Source: a bacterium (GTDB lineage Bacteria; UBA8248). Taken from it: a stretch of 64,000 bases of DNA. The notes under the pieces are model-generated. The model saw only the letters and a list, made by a program, of their open reading frames with translations. It made no database searches and had not been told where the DNA came from. Position 1 is the stretch's first letter, and every line of letters starts with the position of its first letter. The position numbers and the translations under genes were made by a program. Location: NCBI GenBank assembly GCA_965219955.1, contig OZ244799.1, positions 1,952,001 through 2,016,000 of the forward strand. The letters run 5' to 3'. Positions 49,096 to 58,758 of the stretch are shown piece after piece.

Positions 49096-49860
49096 TTACA
49101 GCCACCCGCCCCCGTCTTCGAATATACTCTCGCCCGTGATGTAGGCCGATGCGTCGGACGCGAGAAAAACCGCGAGACCCACGATGTCTTCCGGCTCGCC
49201 CACGCGGCCGAGTATCGTCCTCTCGTTCAAACCCTCTTCCACTTCGGGGTCTGCGAGCGCGGGCGCCAGCATGGGCGTTCTGTGCACGCCCGGGCAGATG
49301 CAGTTCACGCGAACGCCCCGCCCGCCCCACTCCATCGCGAGCGATTTCGTCAGGCCCACCACGCCGTATTTGCTCGCGTTATACGCCGCGCGCGCGGGCC
49401 TGTGCCCCCGTTCGCCCAGGAACGTGCCGATGTTCACGATGCTGCCGGAGCCTCGCGCGAGCATCCCGCGGCCTGCGGCCTGCGCGCAGAGAAAAGCGCC
49501 CGTCAGGTTCACGTCGAGGACGAAGCGGAAATCCTCAGGCTTTACCTCCACGCTCGGGTCGGCGTTTATCACGCCCGCTCCGTTTATCAGGATGTCGACC
49601 CCGCCCAGGGCCTCTTCGGTACGCTCCACGGCGCGGGCCACCTCGTCCGCTTTCGTCACGTCCGCTCCGATGGCCAGCGCGCGGCGGCCCGTTTCCTCGA
49701 TTCGGCGGGCCGTCTCGGCCACCAGGTTCTCTCTCCTGCCCAGAACGGCCACGTCCGCACCCGCCTCGGCCAGACCCAGCGCCATCGCCGCGCCCAGGCC
49801 CGTGCCCGCGCCCGTCACCAGGGCCGCCTTTCCGTCCAGACGAAATTTATCGAGTATCAA
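49096..49860 (-). CDS. SDR family oxidoreductase (KduD/gluconate-5-dehydrogenase-like)
   Basis: TGAGTGLG, NGAG, YNASK and DGG; TTG start. Confidence 0.92.
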   Translation of the reverse strand: MILDKFRLDGKAALVTGAGTGLGAAMALGLAEAGADVAVLGRRENLVAETARRIEETGRRALAIGADVTKADEVARAVERTEEALGGVDILINGAGVINADPSVEVKPEDFRFVLDVNLTGAFLCAQAAGRGMLARGSGSIVNIGTFLGERGHRPARAAYNASKYGVVGLTKSLAMEWGGRGVRVNCICPGVHRTPMLAPALADPEVEEGLNERTILGRVGEPEDIVGLAVFLASDASAYITGESIFEDGGGWL

Positions 49861-50034
49861 GACCGTATTCCTTGCAGATGATGAGACATATATCGGCGAT
49901 GCGCGCCGCTCCCGTAAAAGCGCCCCAAGCTAGGGGATGGCGCATGGGGGTGTCAATACGAGGGGCCGTATTTTGAGCCAACGCGAGAGCATGGTGGAAC
50001 GCATCTCGTCGTGGGTTAGTAAAGCCCCCTGCCG

Positions 50035-50350
50035 GGGGTTGTTGAAAAAGCCCCGTGGAGTGATTTTGGTTGAGCGCACGCTTTTGAAGTTCACTCCCCC
50101 CTTGAGGGGGAGTCGAAGAGCTGAGGGCGTAAGCCCGAAAGCGATTCGGTGGGGGGTATAATTCGGACTGGCGATAAAACGCACTTTACCCCCCACCGAT
50201 TCAGCCTTCGCACAAACCGCTCGGCTTCATCGACTCCCCCTCAAGGGGGGAGTGGTTGGCTGGCGCTTAGCAAAGGAGGAGTAAAGTTTCATCCCTCCAT
50301 GGTCGACTCCATATCTGGAATCACGAAATCAGGATTTTTTCAACAACACC
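50035..50350. mobile_element. MITE-like element (GGGGTTGTTGAAAAA...TTTTTCAACAACACC) carrying a 163-bp structured repeat
   Basis: TIRs present; sits in the centre of an AAAGCCCCCT...AGGGGGGCTTT palindrome; internal 50092-50254 repeated at 51260-51422. Confidence 0.8.
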
Positions 50351-50464
50351 GGATAAGGGGGGCTTTTCCATCAACCACGTTGTTGAGGGCATACATAAAG
50401 ATTACACTTTTCCCGATGTGTCTGATCCCTGCAAAACGCCCCCACCCCAGGATGGGCTATCCAC

Positions 50465-51148
50465 ATGGCCGGTACCCGACCGGAACACTCGCTGGACGAG
50501 AAACATGAAACCTGCCCCCTGTGCGGGGCGGACGAGGCCGCGCTTTATCTTCATGCCGACGGGAGGGACTATTTTCAGTGTCCCCTCTGCCGCCTCATTT
50601 TCGTGCCGCCGGAGTTCTGGCCCGCACCCCAAATCGAGAAAGAGAGATACGAGCAACACCAGAATTCAGGCTCCGATGCGGGCTACGTCGCCTTTCTCAA
50701 GCAATTGAGCGAGCCTCTGGCTACAATGCTGCCAGAAGGCGCGCGGGGTCTTGATTTCGGCGCGGGGCCTGCGTCGGACGGGCGCCCCGTTCTGTGCGAG
50801 TTGTTCCGGGGCGAGGGCTTCGAGTGCCTGCCCTACGATCCGTTTTTCTTCCCGGAAATGCCGGACGGCCCTTTTGATTTCATCGCCGCCAGCGAGACGT
50901 TCGAGCATCTGAGGCATCCTGTGGAGGAGATCGAGAAAATTCATGAAAACCTCAGAACGGGCGGTCTTCTCGGCGTGATGACGGCGTTCTGGAAGGAGGC
51001 GCTATTCATGAACAACTGGCACTACAGGCGCGACTTCACCCATCTTTGCTTCTACCGGATGGAGAGTTTCGCGTGGATTCAGGAGCATTTCGGCTTCGCC
51101 TGCCGCTGGACGGATGAGCGCCGCGTCATCATTCTGGAGAAACTTTAA
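50465..51148 (+). CDS. Class I SAM-dependent methyltransferase with N-terminal zinc ribbon
   Basis: CPLC...CPLC, LDFGAG, YDPFF, ETFEHL and WHYRRDFTH. Confidence 0.88.
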   Translation: MAGTRPEHSLDEKHETCPLCGADEAALYLHADGRDYFQCPLCRLIFVPPEFWPAPQIEKERYEQHQNSGSDAGYVAFLKQLSEPLATMLPEGARGLDFGAGPASDGRPVLCELFRGEGFECLPYDPFFFPEMPDGPFDFIAASETFEHLRHPVEEIEKIHENLRTGGLLGVMTAFWKEALFMNNWHYRRDFTHLCFYRMESFAWIQEHFGFACRWTDERRVIILEKL

Positions 51149-51194
51149 TAGGGCTCGGCTCTCATTGTTCTCTCGTAATCTGGGGCGGGACGAA

Positions 51195-51455
51195 CGGGGT
51201 TGTTGAAAAACCGGAACTCTGGATTTGTCGTATGTAACCGACCGACGAGAGAGTCAAATCACTCCCCCCTTGAGGGGGAGTCGAAGAGCTAAGGGCGTAA
51301 GCCCGAGAGCGATTCGGTGGGGGGTATAATTCGGACTGGCGATAAAACGCATTTTACCCCCCACCGATTCAGCCTTCGCACAAACCGCTCGGCTTCATCG
51401 ACTCCCCCTCAAGGGGGGAGTGATTCCTCTCTCCTCGGGCCTTTTTCAACAACAC
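51195..51455. mobile_element. MITE-like element, second copy carrying the 163-bp repeat
   Basis: Same TIRs; CGAA at 51191-51194 and 51456-51459 is the duplicated loop of GGCGG(G)A-CGAA-TCCGCC. Confidence 0.8.
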
Positions 51456-51602
51456 CGAATCCGCCGCCTGTGATAAAAATTTTAATGCGCATAGCTCACG
51501 CACCCTGTTTTCAAGATTGCTTGTTCACGCTCATCCGCTGTGGCATTCTTGGCGCGTGAAATAAACGCTTGATTCATGTGGGGAAACGCTCTCTTGCGCA
51601 CG

Positions 51603-53327
51603 ATGAAAACGGACATTCTCATCCTGGGTTCGGGCGGCGCGGGCCTGCTGGCCGCGCTCGCCGCGCACACGAAAAACCCGGCCCTCGACATCACCGTGGC
51701 GGTCAAGGGTTTATTTGGGAAAAGCGGCTGCACGCGCATGGTGCAGGGCGGCTACAACGTCGCGCTCGCCGAGACCGACTCGGTGGAGAACCACTTTCTC
51801 GACACCTTACAGGGCGGGGCGTGGATTAACGATCAGGAACTCGCCTGGACGCTCGTGAGCCGCGCGCCCGGCTGCGTGGAGCGGCTCGAAACCGTGTGCG
51901 GGTGCTTTTTCGACCGAAACGAGGACGGCACGATCCACCAGAAAGCCTTCGCGGGCCAGAGCTTCGACCGCACGGTGCACAAGGGCGACTTGACGGGCAT
52001 CGAGATCACCAACCGCGTGGCGGAACAACTCGTCAGGCGCGGGGTGGACGTTCTGGAGGAAACGCGCGCCGTGGCCCTCCTGCCGGCAAGAAGGGAGCCG
52101 GAGCGGGTGGCGGGCGCGCTACTCCTCGACATCCAAAGCGGGGAATTCATCGCCGTGAACGCGAAGTGCACCCTCCTCGCCACGGGCGGCGGCCCCACGC
52201 TCTATAAAATCTCCGCCTGTGCGCAGGAACTCGCCACCGACGGCATGGCAATCGCCTGGGAGGCGGGCGCATCGTTCTGCGACATGGAGATGGTGCAGTT
52301 CCACCCCACGGGCATCCTGACGGGAGACGGCCTCCAGATAACCGGCACGCTGCTCGAAGAAGGCCTGCGCGGCGCGGGCGGGCATCTGAAAAACGCGGCG
52401 GGCGAGCGCTACATGGAGCGCTACGACCCCGAGCGCATGGAGCGCGCCACACGCGACGTGGTATCGCGCGCGGGCTACACCGAGATCATCGAGGGCCGGG
52501 GCACCGAGCGCGGCGGCGTGTTCATCGACGTGAGCCACCTGGGAAAGTCCTTCGTGCGCAAGAACTTCAAGGGCATGGTCGAGCGCTGCGCCGATCTGGG
52601 CTACGACCTGGTCGGCGGCCCCGTGGAGGTGACCCCCACCGCGCACTACATGATGGGCGGCGTGAAGATAGACACCGCGTGCCGCACGAATTTATCGGGT
52701 CTTTACGCCGCGGGCGAGGACGCGGGCGGCACGCACGGCGCGAACCGCCTGGGCGGGAACGGGGTGGCGAACGCCACGGTGTTCGGCGAGATTGCGGGGG
52801 AAGCCATGGCCGAAGAGGCGGCGGACTCCCCCCTCCTCCCCTATGACGCGGAGGCGCTATCGAGTGCTGAGGAGAAAACGCTGGACGCGCTGGGCGAAGG
52901 CGAACCGCCCTACCCGATCCGGGCGGAACTGAAAGACACCATGTGGAACAAGGTGGGGCTGAGAAGAAACGGCGCGGACATCCAGAGCGGGGTCCGCCTC
53001 CTGCACGATCTGAAGAGACGCGCGGCCGAGGCCCGCGCGGGAGGCGGGCGCGCCTACAACCTCGCCTGGCAGCACGCGCTCGACGTGAGAAACCAGGTTG
53101 CGGTCGCGGAACTCATCGCCTTCTCCGCGCTCGAGCGCGACGAGAGCCGGGGGAGCCACTACCGAGACGATTGCCCCGATACGGGGGATGAGGACCTCTA
53201 CAACGTCTATATCAAAAAAGAGGGCGATGCGGCGGTCATCGAGCGGAAACCCGTCGCGTTTCCCCGCCTGAGCCCGAAAGCGGAGCCGGCCGCACTGGCG
53301 GAGCCCGACCCCAATTTCATCGACTGA
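51603..53327 (+). CDS. Succinate dehydrogenase/fumarate reductase-family flavoprotein (non-canonical)
   Basis: ILGSGGAG, DMEMVQFHPT, TRDVVSR, PTAHYMMGG, HGANRLGGN and ESRGSHYR; lacks the FAD-linking His (GCTRMVQGG). Confidence 0.9.
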   Translation: MKTDILILGSGGAGLLAALAAHTKNPALDITVAVKGLFGKSGCTRMVQGGYNVALAETDSVENHFLDTLQGGAWINDQELAWTLVSRAPGCVERLETVCGCFFDRNEDGTIHQKAFAGQSFDRTVHKGDLTGIEITNRVAEQLVRRGVDVLEETRAVALLPARREPERVAGALLLDIQSGEFIAVNAKCTLLATGGGPTLYKISACAQELATDGMAIAWEAGASFCDMEMVQFHPTGILTGDGLQITGTLLEEGLRGAGGHLKNAAGERYMERYDPERMERATRDVVSRAGYTEIIEGRGTERGGVFIDVSHLGKSFVRKNFKGMVERCADLGYDLVGGPVEVTPTAHYMMGGVKIDTACRTNLSGLYAAGEDAGGTHGANRLGGNGVANATVFGEIAGEAMAEEAADSPLLPYDAEALSSAEEKTLDALGEGEPPYPIRAELKDTMWNKVGLRRNGADIQSGVRLLHDLKRRAAEARAGGGRAYNLAWQHALDVRNQVAVAELIAFSALERDESRGSHYRDDCPDTGDEDLYNVYIKKEGDAAVIERKPVAFPRLSPKAEPAALAEPDPNFID

Positions 53328-53352
53328 CGACAATGCGGAGCGAGACCCGAGA

Positions 53353-53706
53353 ATGACGAGCACAAAAGAGCCTCCGGCCACCAACAAACCACCCGTCTGG
53401 AAGGTCAGCGCCTGGCGCTCGATGTATCCCGGCATGTGGTCCTGGGTACTGCAGAGGCTCTCCGCCCTCGCGCTCATCGTCCTGTTCCCGATCCACGTGA
53501 TGAACCCCTACATCGATTCGGTGCGGATCACGATGCTGCTGCTCGTCGTATGGCACGCCATGCACGGCATAAAAGTGATTCTGACCGATTTCGGCTTTCC
53601 GGACCGCCACCAGCGGAAACTCTTCTGGGTGCTGTGCGTAGTGGGCGTCGCCGCGTTTTTCTGGCTGGCCTACATGCATACCGAATACTGGAGGTTCATG
53701 GCGTGA
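53353..53706 (+). CDS. SdhC/D-like membrane anchor
   Basis: Three TM helices, WVLQRLS and WHAMHGIKVILTD. Confidence 0.8.
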   Translation: MTSTKEPPATNKPPVWKVSAWRSMYPGMWSWVLQRLSALALIVLFPIHVMNPYIDSVRITMLLLVVWHAMHGIKVILTDFGFPDRHQRKLFWVLCVVGVAAFFWLAYMHTEYWRFMA

Positions 53707-54554
53707 ACGAAGACGCGCGAATCACCGAAGGAGCGCCGGATAAGGCGACGCCGGAAGAGCCTGCTCCTGAGAAAGAGGCGAAAGAAGATAAGGAGCAAGA
53801 GCGCCCGAGCGTACGCGTCAGAATCCGCCGGGGCGGCGCTGCGGACGATCCCGAAGCGCGCTTCGATACATACGAAATCGAGACCGGCCCGCGCATGACG
53901 GTGCTCGACGCCCTGGTCGCCGTCCAGAGCGCGCAGGAGCCCGCGCTTTCGTTCCGCTACTCCTGCCGGGTGGGCATGTGCGGCACCTGTGCGCTGCGCG
54001 TCAACGGGCGCCCCGCATGGGCCTGCAGAACAAGGCTCGAAGGCTTGGGGGAAGAAATCACGCTCGAGCCGCTCACCAATTTCCCGGTTCTCCGCGACCT
54101 GGCGGTCGACATGTCGCCGTTCTTCGCGAAGATGAAACGCGCGCGCGGCTGGCTCGAACCCACCAGCGCGGCGGAGAAGGCCCCTGCGCTCATCGCGCCG
54201 AATTCACGCGAGCGCAAGCGCATCGAGCCGCACATCGAGTGCATCACGTGCGGAATCTGCTATGCTTCCTGCTCCATTGTAGGGCATGATAGTGACTACC
54301 TGGGGCCTGCGGCGCTGAACCGCGCCTACACGCTCGTGAACGACAGCCGCGACGCCCTGGGACTGGAGAGATTGTTGGAAGTTTGCAACGAGGACGGCGC
54401 CTGGCGCTGCCACTCGCAATACAACTGCACGGAGAGCTGCCCCAAGGGCATCAGCCCCACGGGCGCCATCAAGGGACTCAAGCGACGCGCCGCAGCGGGC
54501 GGCGTCAAACGATTCGCCGCATCCATCTTCCGGGGCCGCGCGCCCGGCGGGTGA
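53703..54554 (+). CDS. SdhB/FrdB-like iron-sulfur subunit
   Basis: SCRVGMCGTC, CITCGICYASC and CHSQYNCTESCP; GTG start overlapping the upstream stop. Confidence 0.92.
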   Translation: MNEDARITEGAPDKATPEEPAPEKEAKEDKEQERPSVRVRIRRGGAADDPEARFDTYEIETGPRMTVLDALVAVQSAQEPALSFRYSCRVGMCGTCALRVNGRPAWACRTRLEGLGEEITLEPLTNFPVLRDLAVDMSPFFAKMKRARGWLEPTSAAEKAPALIAPNSRERKRIEPHIECITCGICYASCSIVGHDSDYLGPAALNRAYTLVNDSRDALGLERLLEVCNEDGAWRCHSQYNCTESCPKGISPTGAIKGLKRRAAAGGVKRFAASIFRGRAPGG

Positions 54555-54573
54555 GAGCGGGGAGGACATCAAA

Positions 54574-55524
54574 ATGCCGACTGTCGATACACAAGCCATC
54601 AGCAGCGAACTGATCAGAGAGGTTGCTTTCGAGCTCAACCGCCGCGCCGCCATCGGAATACCGAAGGACGTGGGCGATTCCATCGCCGACATGGCCGAGC
54701 GCGAGACCCAGAAGCTCTCGAAGTTCGTCTTGCTGGAAATCGTCAACAACTACAAGGTCGCCGTGGACGAGCAGCGCCCCATGTGCGCCGACACGGGGCT
54801 TCCGCGCTTCTACGCTAAAATCGGGAACGACGCGGCGATCGAGGGCGGCTTCGTGGCGCTCGAGCGCTCGGTCCGCCAGGGCACGGCGGACGCCACCGAG
54901 CGCGTGCCCCTGCGTCCGAACCGCGTGCATCCCATCACCCGGCACGACTACAACAACAACGTCGGCATCCACGCCCCCACGGTGGACTACTCCTGGGAGC
55001 CGGACGTCGACTGGATAGAGCTCACCAGCTTCCACAAGGGGGGCCTGTTCGGCGGGGACTACCGGATGCTCTTCCCCACCGACGGCATCGACGGCATCAA
55101 GCGCTTCTTCCTCGACGTGATCAGCGAGTTCTTCAAGCGCGGCCTCTCGTGCCAGCCCGCCATCGTGGGAATCGGCATCGGCGGCACGAAGGACACCTGC
55201 GTGCGCCTCGCCAAGGAGGCGGCCTGTCTCCGCGTGGTGGGGGACAGGAACCCGGACCCCCAGATCGCGGAATTAGAAGAGGATTTGAACGACCTGGGCA
55301 AAAGGACGAGCCTCGGCCCCATGGGCTTCAAGGGCGAGGGCGCGGTGATGGACACCCACATCGAGGTGGCCTACACCCACACCGGCGGCATGCCCATCTC
55401 GATCCACCACCAGTGCTTCGCGCTCCGGCGCGCCACCGCGCGAATCCACCCCGACGGACAGGTGGAATACCGCGAAAACCCCCTCTGGTTCACCGACTAC
55501 TACCGCCGCGACAGCGTCGCCTGA
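54574..55524 (+). CDS. Fe-S hydro-lyase alpha subunit (class I fumarase/L-tartrate dehydratase family)
   Basis: PMCADTG, CQPAIVGIGIGGT, GPMGFKG and HQCFALRR. Confidence 0.9.
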   Translation: MPTVDTQAISSELIREVAFELNRRAAIGIPKDVGDSIADMAERETQKLSKFVLLEIVNNYKVAVDEQRPMCADTGLPRFYAKIGNDAAIEGGFVALERSVRQGTADATERVPLRPNRVHPITRHDYNNNVGIHAPTVDYSWEPDVDWIELTSFHKGGLFGGDYRMLFPTDGIDGIKRFFLDVISEFFKRGLSCQPAIVGIGIGGTKDTCVRLAKEAACLRVVGDRNPDPQIAELEEDLNDLGKRTSLGPMGFKGEGAVMDTHIEVAYTHTGGMPISIHHQCFALRRATARIHPDGQVEYRENPLWFTDYYRRDSVA

Positions 55525-55546
55525 GCGGCTTGGGAGACTTTTGGAC

Positions 55547-56230
55547 ATGAGCGGCACCGCAGACCTGGAAATGAAGGAGCATCACCTCACCACACCCGCC
55601 ACGCCCGAGGATCTGGCGAAGCTCGAACTCGGCGACGTCGTCTATTTCGACGGCCTGGTATTCACCGGCAGAATCGGCCTCTACAAGAAATTATTTGATG
55701 AAAAAGCGCCGCCGCCGGTGGACATCGCCTCGCTCACGAACGTGACGTTCCACTGCTCGCCCGCCGTGGGGAAGAACGAATCGGGCGAGTGGGAGGTGGC
55801 CGCGGTCACGGCCACGGCGAGTTTTCGCTTCGAGAAGCACCTCCCCCTGCTCATGGACGGGCACGGGATACGCTGCGTCATCGGCAAGGGCGGCATGGCG
55901 CAGGAATTTTACGAGAAACACTTCAAGCGGCTGGGCGCGGTGTTCCTGAACACGGTGGGCTACGGCATCGGCGCGCAGTACGGGCGCGGCATCACCGGCG
56001 TCAAAGACGTCTACTGGCTCGACGAACTCGGCATCGCGCAGGCGATGTGGGTGTTCGAGGTGAAGAACTTCGGGCCGTTTCTCGTCGAATGCGACGCCCG
56101 CGGCAACAGCCTCTACCAGATGGCGCTCGCCGAGACGAACGTGGAGCTGAGCAAGCTCTACGAGGGGCTGCCGCTTCCAACGCTCAAGCGCATGGGCGAG
56201 GTGCACAACCCCGAGGACGAGGTTTTCTAG
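55547..56230 (+). CDS. Fe-S hydro-lyase beta subunit
   Basis: LELGDVVY, IGKGGM, ELGIAQAMW and FGPFLVECDARGNSL. Confidence 0.9.
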   Translation: MSGTADLEMKEHHLTTPATPEDLAKLELGDVVYFDGLVFTGRIGLYKKLFDEKAPPPVDIASLTNVTFHCSPAVGKNESGEWEVAAVTATASFRFEKHLPLLMDGHGIRCVIGKGGMAQEFYEKHFKRLGAVFLNTVGYGIGAQYGRGITGVKDVYWLDELGIAQAMWVFEVKNFGPFLVECDARGNSLYQMALAETNVELSKLYEGLPLPTLKRMGEVHNPEDEVF

Positions 56231-56278
56231 CAATATCCCCTGAAATACGAACCGGACCACCGACGAGAGGATAAGAAA

Positions 56279-57286
56279 TTGTCGAAAGGAATCGCCTGGG
56301 TCACCACCAGTTGGCTGAGCGGCCTCGAAGACCCGATGCGCCACTTCAAACGGCTTGAAACCGAGGCGGGTCTCGAAGTCAGAATCGAATCGAACGGGGT
56401 GGACAAGACCGAAGAAGAACTCATCGCCTCGCTTCCCGGCGTGGTCGTCACCTTCCCGAGCAACGACCCCTACAACGAGCGCACCCTGGCGGCGGGGACG
56501 CATCTCAAGCACATCGCCAGGACGGGCGTGGGCTTCAACTCCGTCGATCTGGACGCCGCCACGCGCCACGGGGTGGTCGTCACCAACGCGCCGGGCCAGA
56601 ACTCGGATTCCGTGGCCGAGCACGCCATCGGCCTCATGCTGTGCATCGCGCGGAATATCGCCTTATCCGACAAGAAGATGCGCGCGGGCGAGTGGGCGGA
56701 CCTTAGAGTCCCCATATCCCCGCTCCGGGGCAAGACGCTGGGGATCATCGGGCTCGGCAACATCGGCAAGCGCGTGGCGAGGCGCGCCGCCGCCTTCGGC
56801 ATGGAGGTCATCGCGCATGACATCGTGCGCGACGAGCGCTTCGCCGCCGAGGTGGGCGTATTCTTCGAGACGCGCGAGGAGGTGACGCGCAGGGCGGATT
56901 TCATCACCTGCCACGTGCCTCTCAACGATTCGACGCGCGGCATGGTGGACGAGAAGTTCCTCTCCTCGATGAAGCCGGGCGCCTATCTCATCAACACCTC
57001 GCGCGGTCCCGTGGTGGACCTGGACGCCGCCGCTAAGGCCCTGGAGCGCGGGATCATCCAGGGTGCTGCGCTGGACGTTTTCCCGAACGAGCCGGCCGAC
57101 CACCGCCACCGCATCTTCTCGCTCGACAACGTCGTCCTCACCCCGCACATCGCGGGCCTGGGCGAGGATGCGTGTGAGCAGTCGCTCGAATTCGCCGTCA
57201 CCGCAGCACTCGACGTCATCGCCGGGAGGCGTCCCGCCGGCCTGCTGAACCCCGGGGTGCTGGAAAAAGCGGGCATCGAGGACTAG
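56279..57286 (+). CDS. D-isomer-specific 2-hydroxyacid dehydrogenase (SerA-like, no ACT domain)
   Basis: SVAEH, GLGNIG, INTSRG, ALDVFPNEP and TPHIAG. Confidence 0.92.
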   Translation: MSKGIAWVTTSWLSGLEDPMRHFKRLETEAGLEVRIESNGVDKTEEELIASLPGVVVTFPSNDPYNERTLAAGTHLKHIARTGVGFNSVDLDAATRHGVVVTNAPGQNSDSVAEHAIGLMLCIARNIALSDKKMRAGEWADLRVPISPLRGKTLGIIGLGNIGKRVARRAAAFGMEVIAHDIVRDERFAAEVGVFFETREEVTRRADFITCHVPLNDSTRGMVDEKFLSSMKPGAYLINTSRGPVVDLDAAAKALERGIIQGAALDVFPNEPADHRHRIFSLDNVVLTPHIAGLGEDACEQSLEFAVTAALDVIAGRRPAGLLNPGVLEKAGIED

Positions 57287-57359
57287 AGTGAATCGCCGCC
57301 TTATCTCCGAGCCGCCGTTTCGGGATCATTAAATTCGCCGCCGCCACGAGGAAGAATTC

Positions 57360-58757
57360 ATGCGGAAAACCAACAAGCTGCGCGCGCTGCTGATCGGCGC
57401 CGGCCTCCTCCTTTTCTTCGCCGGAGGAGCCATCGCCGCAGACACCAGGGGGGATACCGCCCTGCGCGTTCCCTGGAACGTGACGGAGCACAGGATGAAG
57501 AACGGCATGCGCGCCCTCCTGCTGCCCGATAACAGCGCGCCCATGGTGGTCATGAAGGTCTGGTACGCCGTCGGCAGCCGCGACGAGCAGCCCGGCCTCA
57601 CGGGGGTCGCGCATTATCTCGAGCACATGATGTTCCGCGGCACGAAGAAATACGGCCCCAGGAAATTCAGCGAGATCATCAAGAAAAACGGCGGCTCCCA
57701 CAACGCGTTCACGAGCTTCGACTACACCGCGTACTACGAGCGCATCGCCGCGGACAGGCTCGAACTCATCATCGAACTCGAAGCCGACCGCATGGTGAAC
57801 ATGGTTCTCGAGAAGAAGGCCTTCGACGCGGAGAAGAACGTGGTGCACGAGGAAAGGCGCACCCGATACGACAGGCCGGTGGGCAAGTTCTGGGAGCAGC
57901 TTCGCGCCGTCGCCTACACGAACCACCCCTACAAGAACCCGATCATCGGCTGGCCCGAAGATATAGAAGCCATCACCATCAAGGACATGCAGGCGTTCTA
58001 CAGGCGCTACTACAGCCCCGAGAACGCCGTCGCCGTCCTGGTGGGCGATTTCAAGGCCGAAGAGGCCATCGCGCTTCTCGAAAAGCACTTCGGGAAAATC
58101 CCCAAATCCCCCACCTTCCGGAAAAGGCCCGATCTCGCCGAGTTCCCCCAGAAGTCGGAGCGCAGGGTGTACGTTCGCGCGGACGCCCAGCTCCCCTACG
58201 TGGCGATCGGCTATCACGCCCCCAACTGGAAGAGCGAGGACGCGCCCGCTCTCGTGATGCTCGAGGCCATCCTGGGCGGCGGGGAAACCTCGCGCCTCCA
58301 CCAGAGGCTCGTGCGCAAGGACACTCTCGCCTTAGGCGCGGGTTCTGATTACACCTACATCTCGGTGGACCCGATGATCTTCTATCTCTACGCGCGGGTG
58401 GCGCCCGGCAAAAAGGCCGCCGACGCCGAGAAAGCCCTGCTCGAGGAGGTGGAAAAACTCATCGAAAAAGGCGTGACGGACGAGGAGTTCCGCCGCGCGA
58501 TCAGGAACATCGAGGCGAAGATGGTTTTCGCCATGGACTCGCACTACTACCGGGCGAGGCTCCTCGGCTCGGCGGCCATAGCGGGCGACTGGCGGCTGCT
58601 CGAAGGCTACCTGCCCGCCCTGAGGAAGGTGACGCCCGCCGACGTGGTCCGCGTCGCCAGGAAATACCTGCGCCACAAGAACAAGACCACCGCCGAACTC
58701 ATACCGACAAAGAAGAGCCGCCGCGCGAACGCCGCCAAAAGCCGGGGAGGATACTAG
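57360..58757 (+). CDS. M16 zinc peptidase, catalytic subunit
   Basis: Signal peptide, AHYLEHMMF (HxxEH), NAFTS and EERR. Confidence 0.95.
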   Translation: MRKTNKLRALLIGAGLLLFFAGGAIAADTRGDTALRVPWNVTEHRMKNGMRALLLPDNSAPMVVMKVWYAVGSRDEQPGLTGVAHYLEHMMFRGTKKYGPRKFSEIIKKNGGSHNAFTSFDYTAYYERIAADRLELIIELEADRMVNMVLEKKAFDAEKNVVHEERRTRYDRPVGKFWEQLRAVAYTNHPYKNPIIGWPEDIEAITIKDMQAFYRRYYSPENAVAVLVGDFKAEEAIALLEKHFGKIPKSPTFRKRPDLAEFPQKSERRVYVRADAQLPYVAIGYHAPNWKSEDAPALVMLEAILGGGETSRLHQRLVRKDTLALGAGSDYTYISVDPMIFYLYARVAPGKKAADAEKALLEEVEKLIEKGVTDEEFRRAIRNIEAKMVFAMDSHYYRARLLGSAAIAGDWRLLEGYLPALRKVTPADVVRVARKYLRHKNKTTAELIPTKKSRRANAAKSRGGY

Positions 58758-58758
58758 C

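Noticed and set aside
49930-51559. Short ORFs such as MGGIIRTGDK... occurring twice
   Set aside because: Translations of the 163-bp non-coding repeat.
51576-53327. Calling the flavoprotein sdhA or nadB
   Set aside because: Motif deviations and gene context do not support either specific name.
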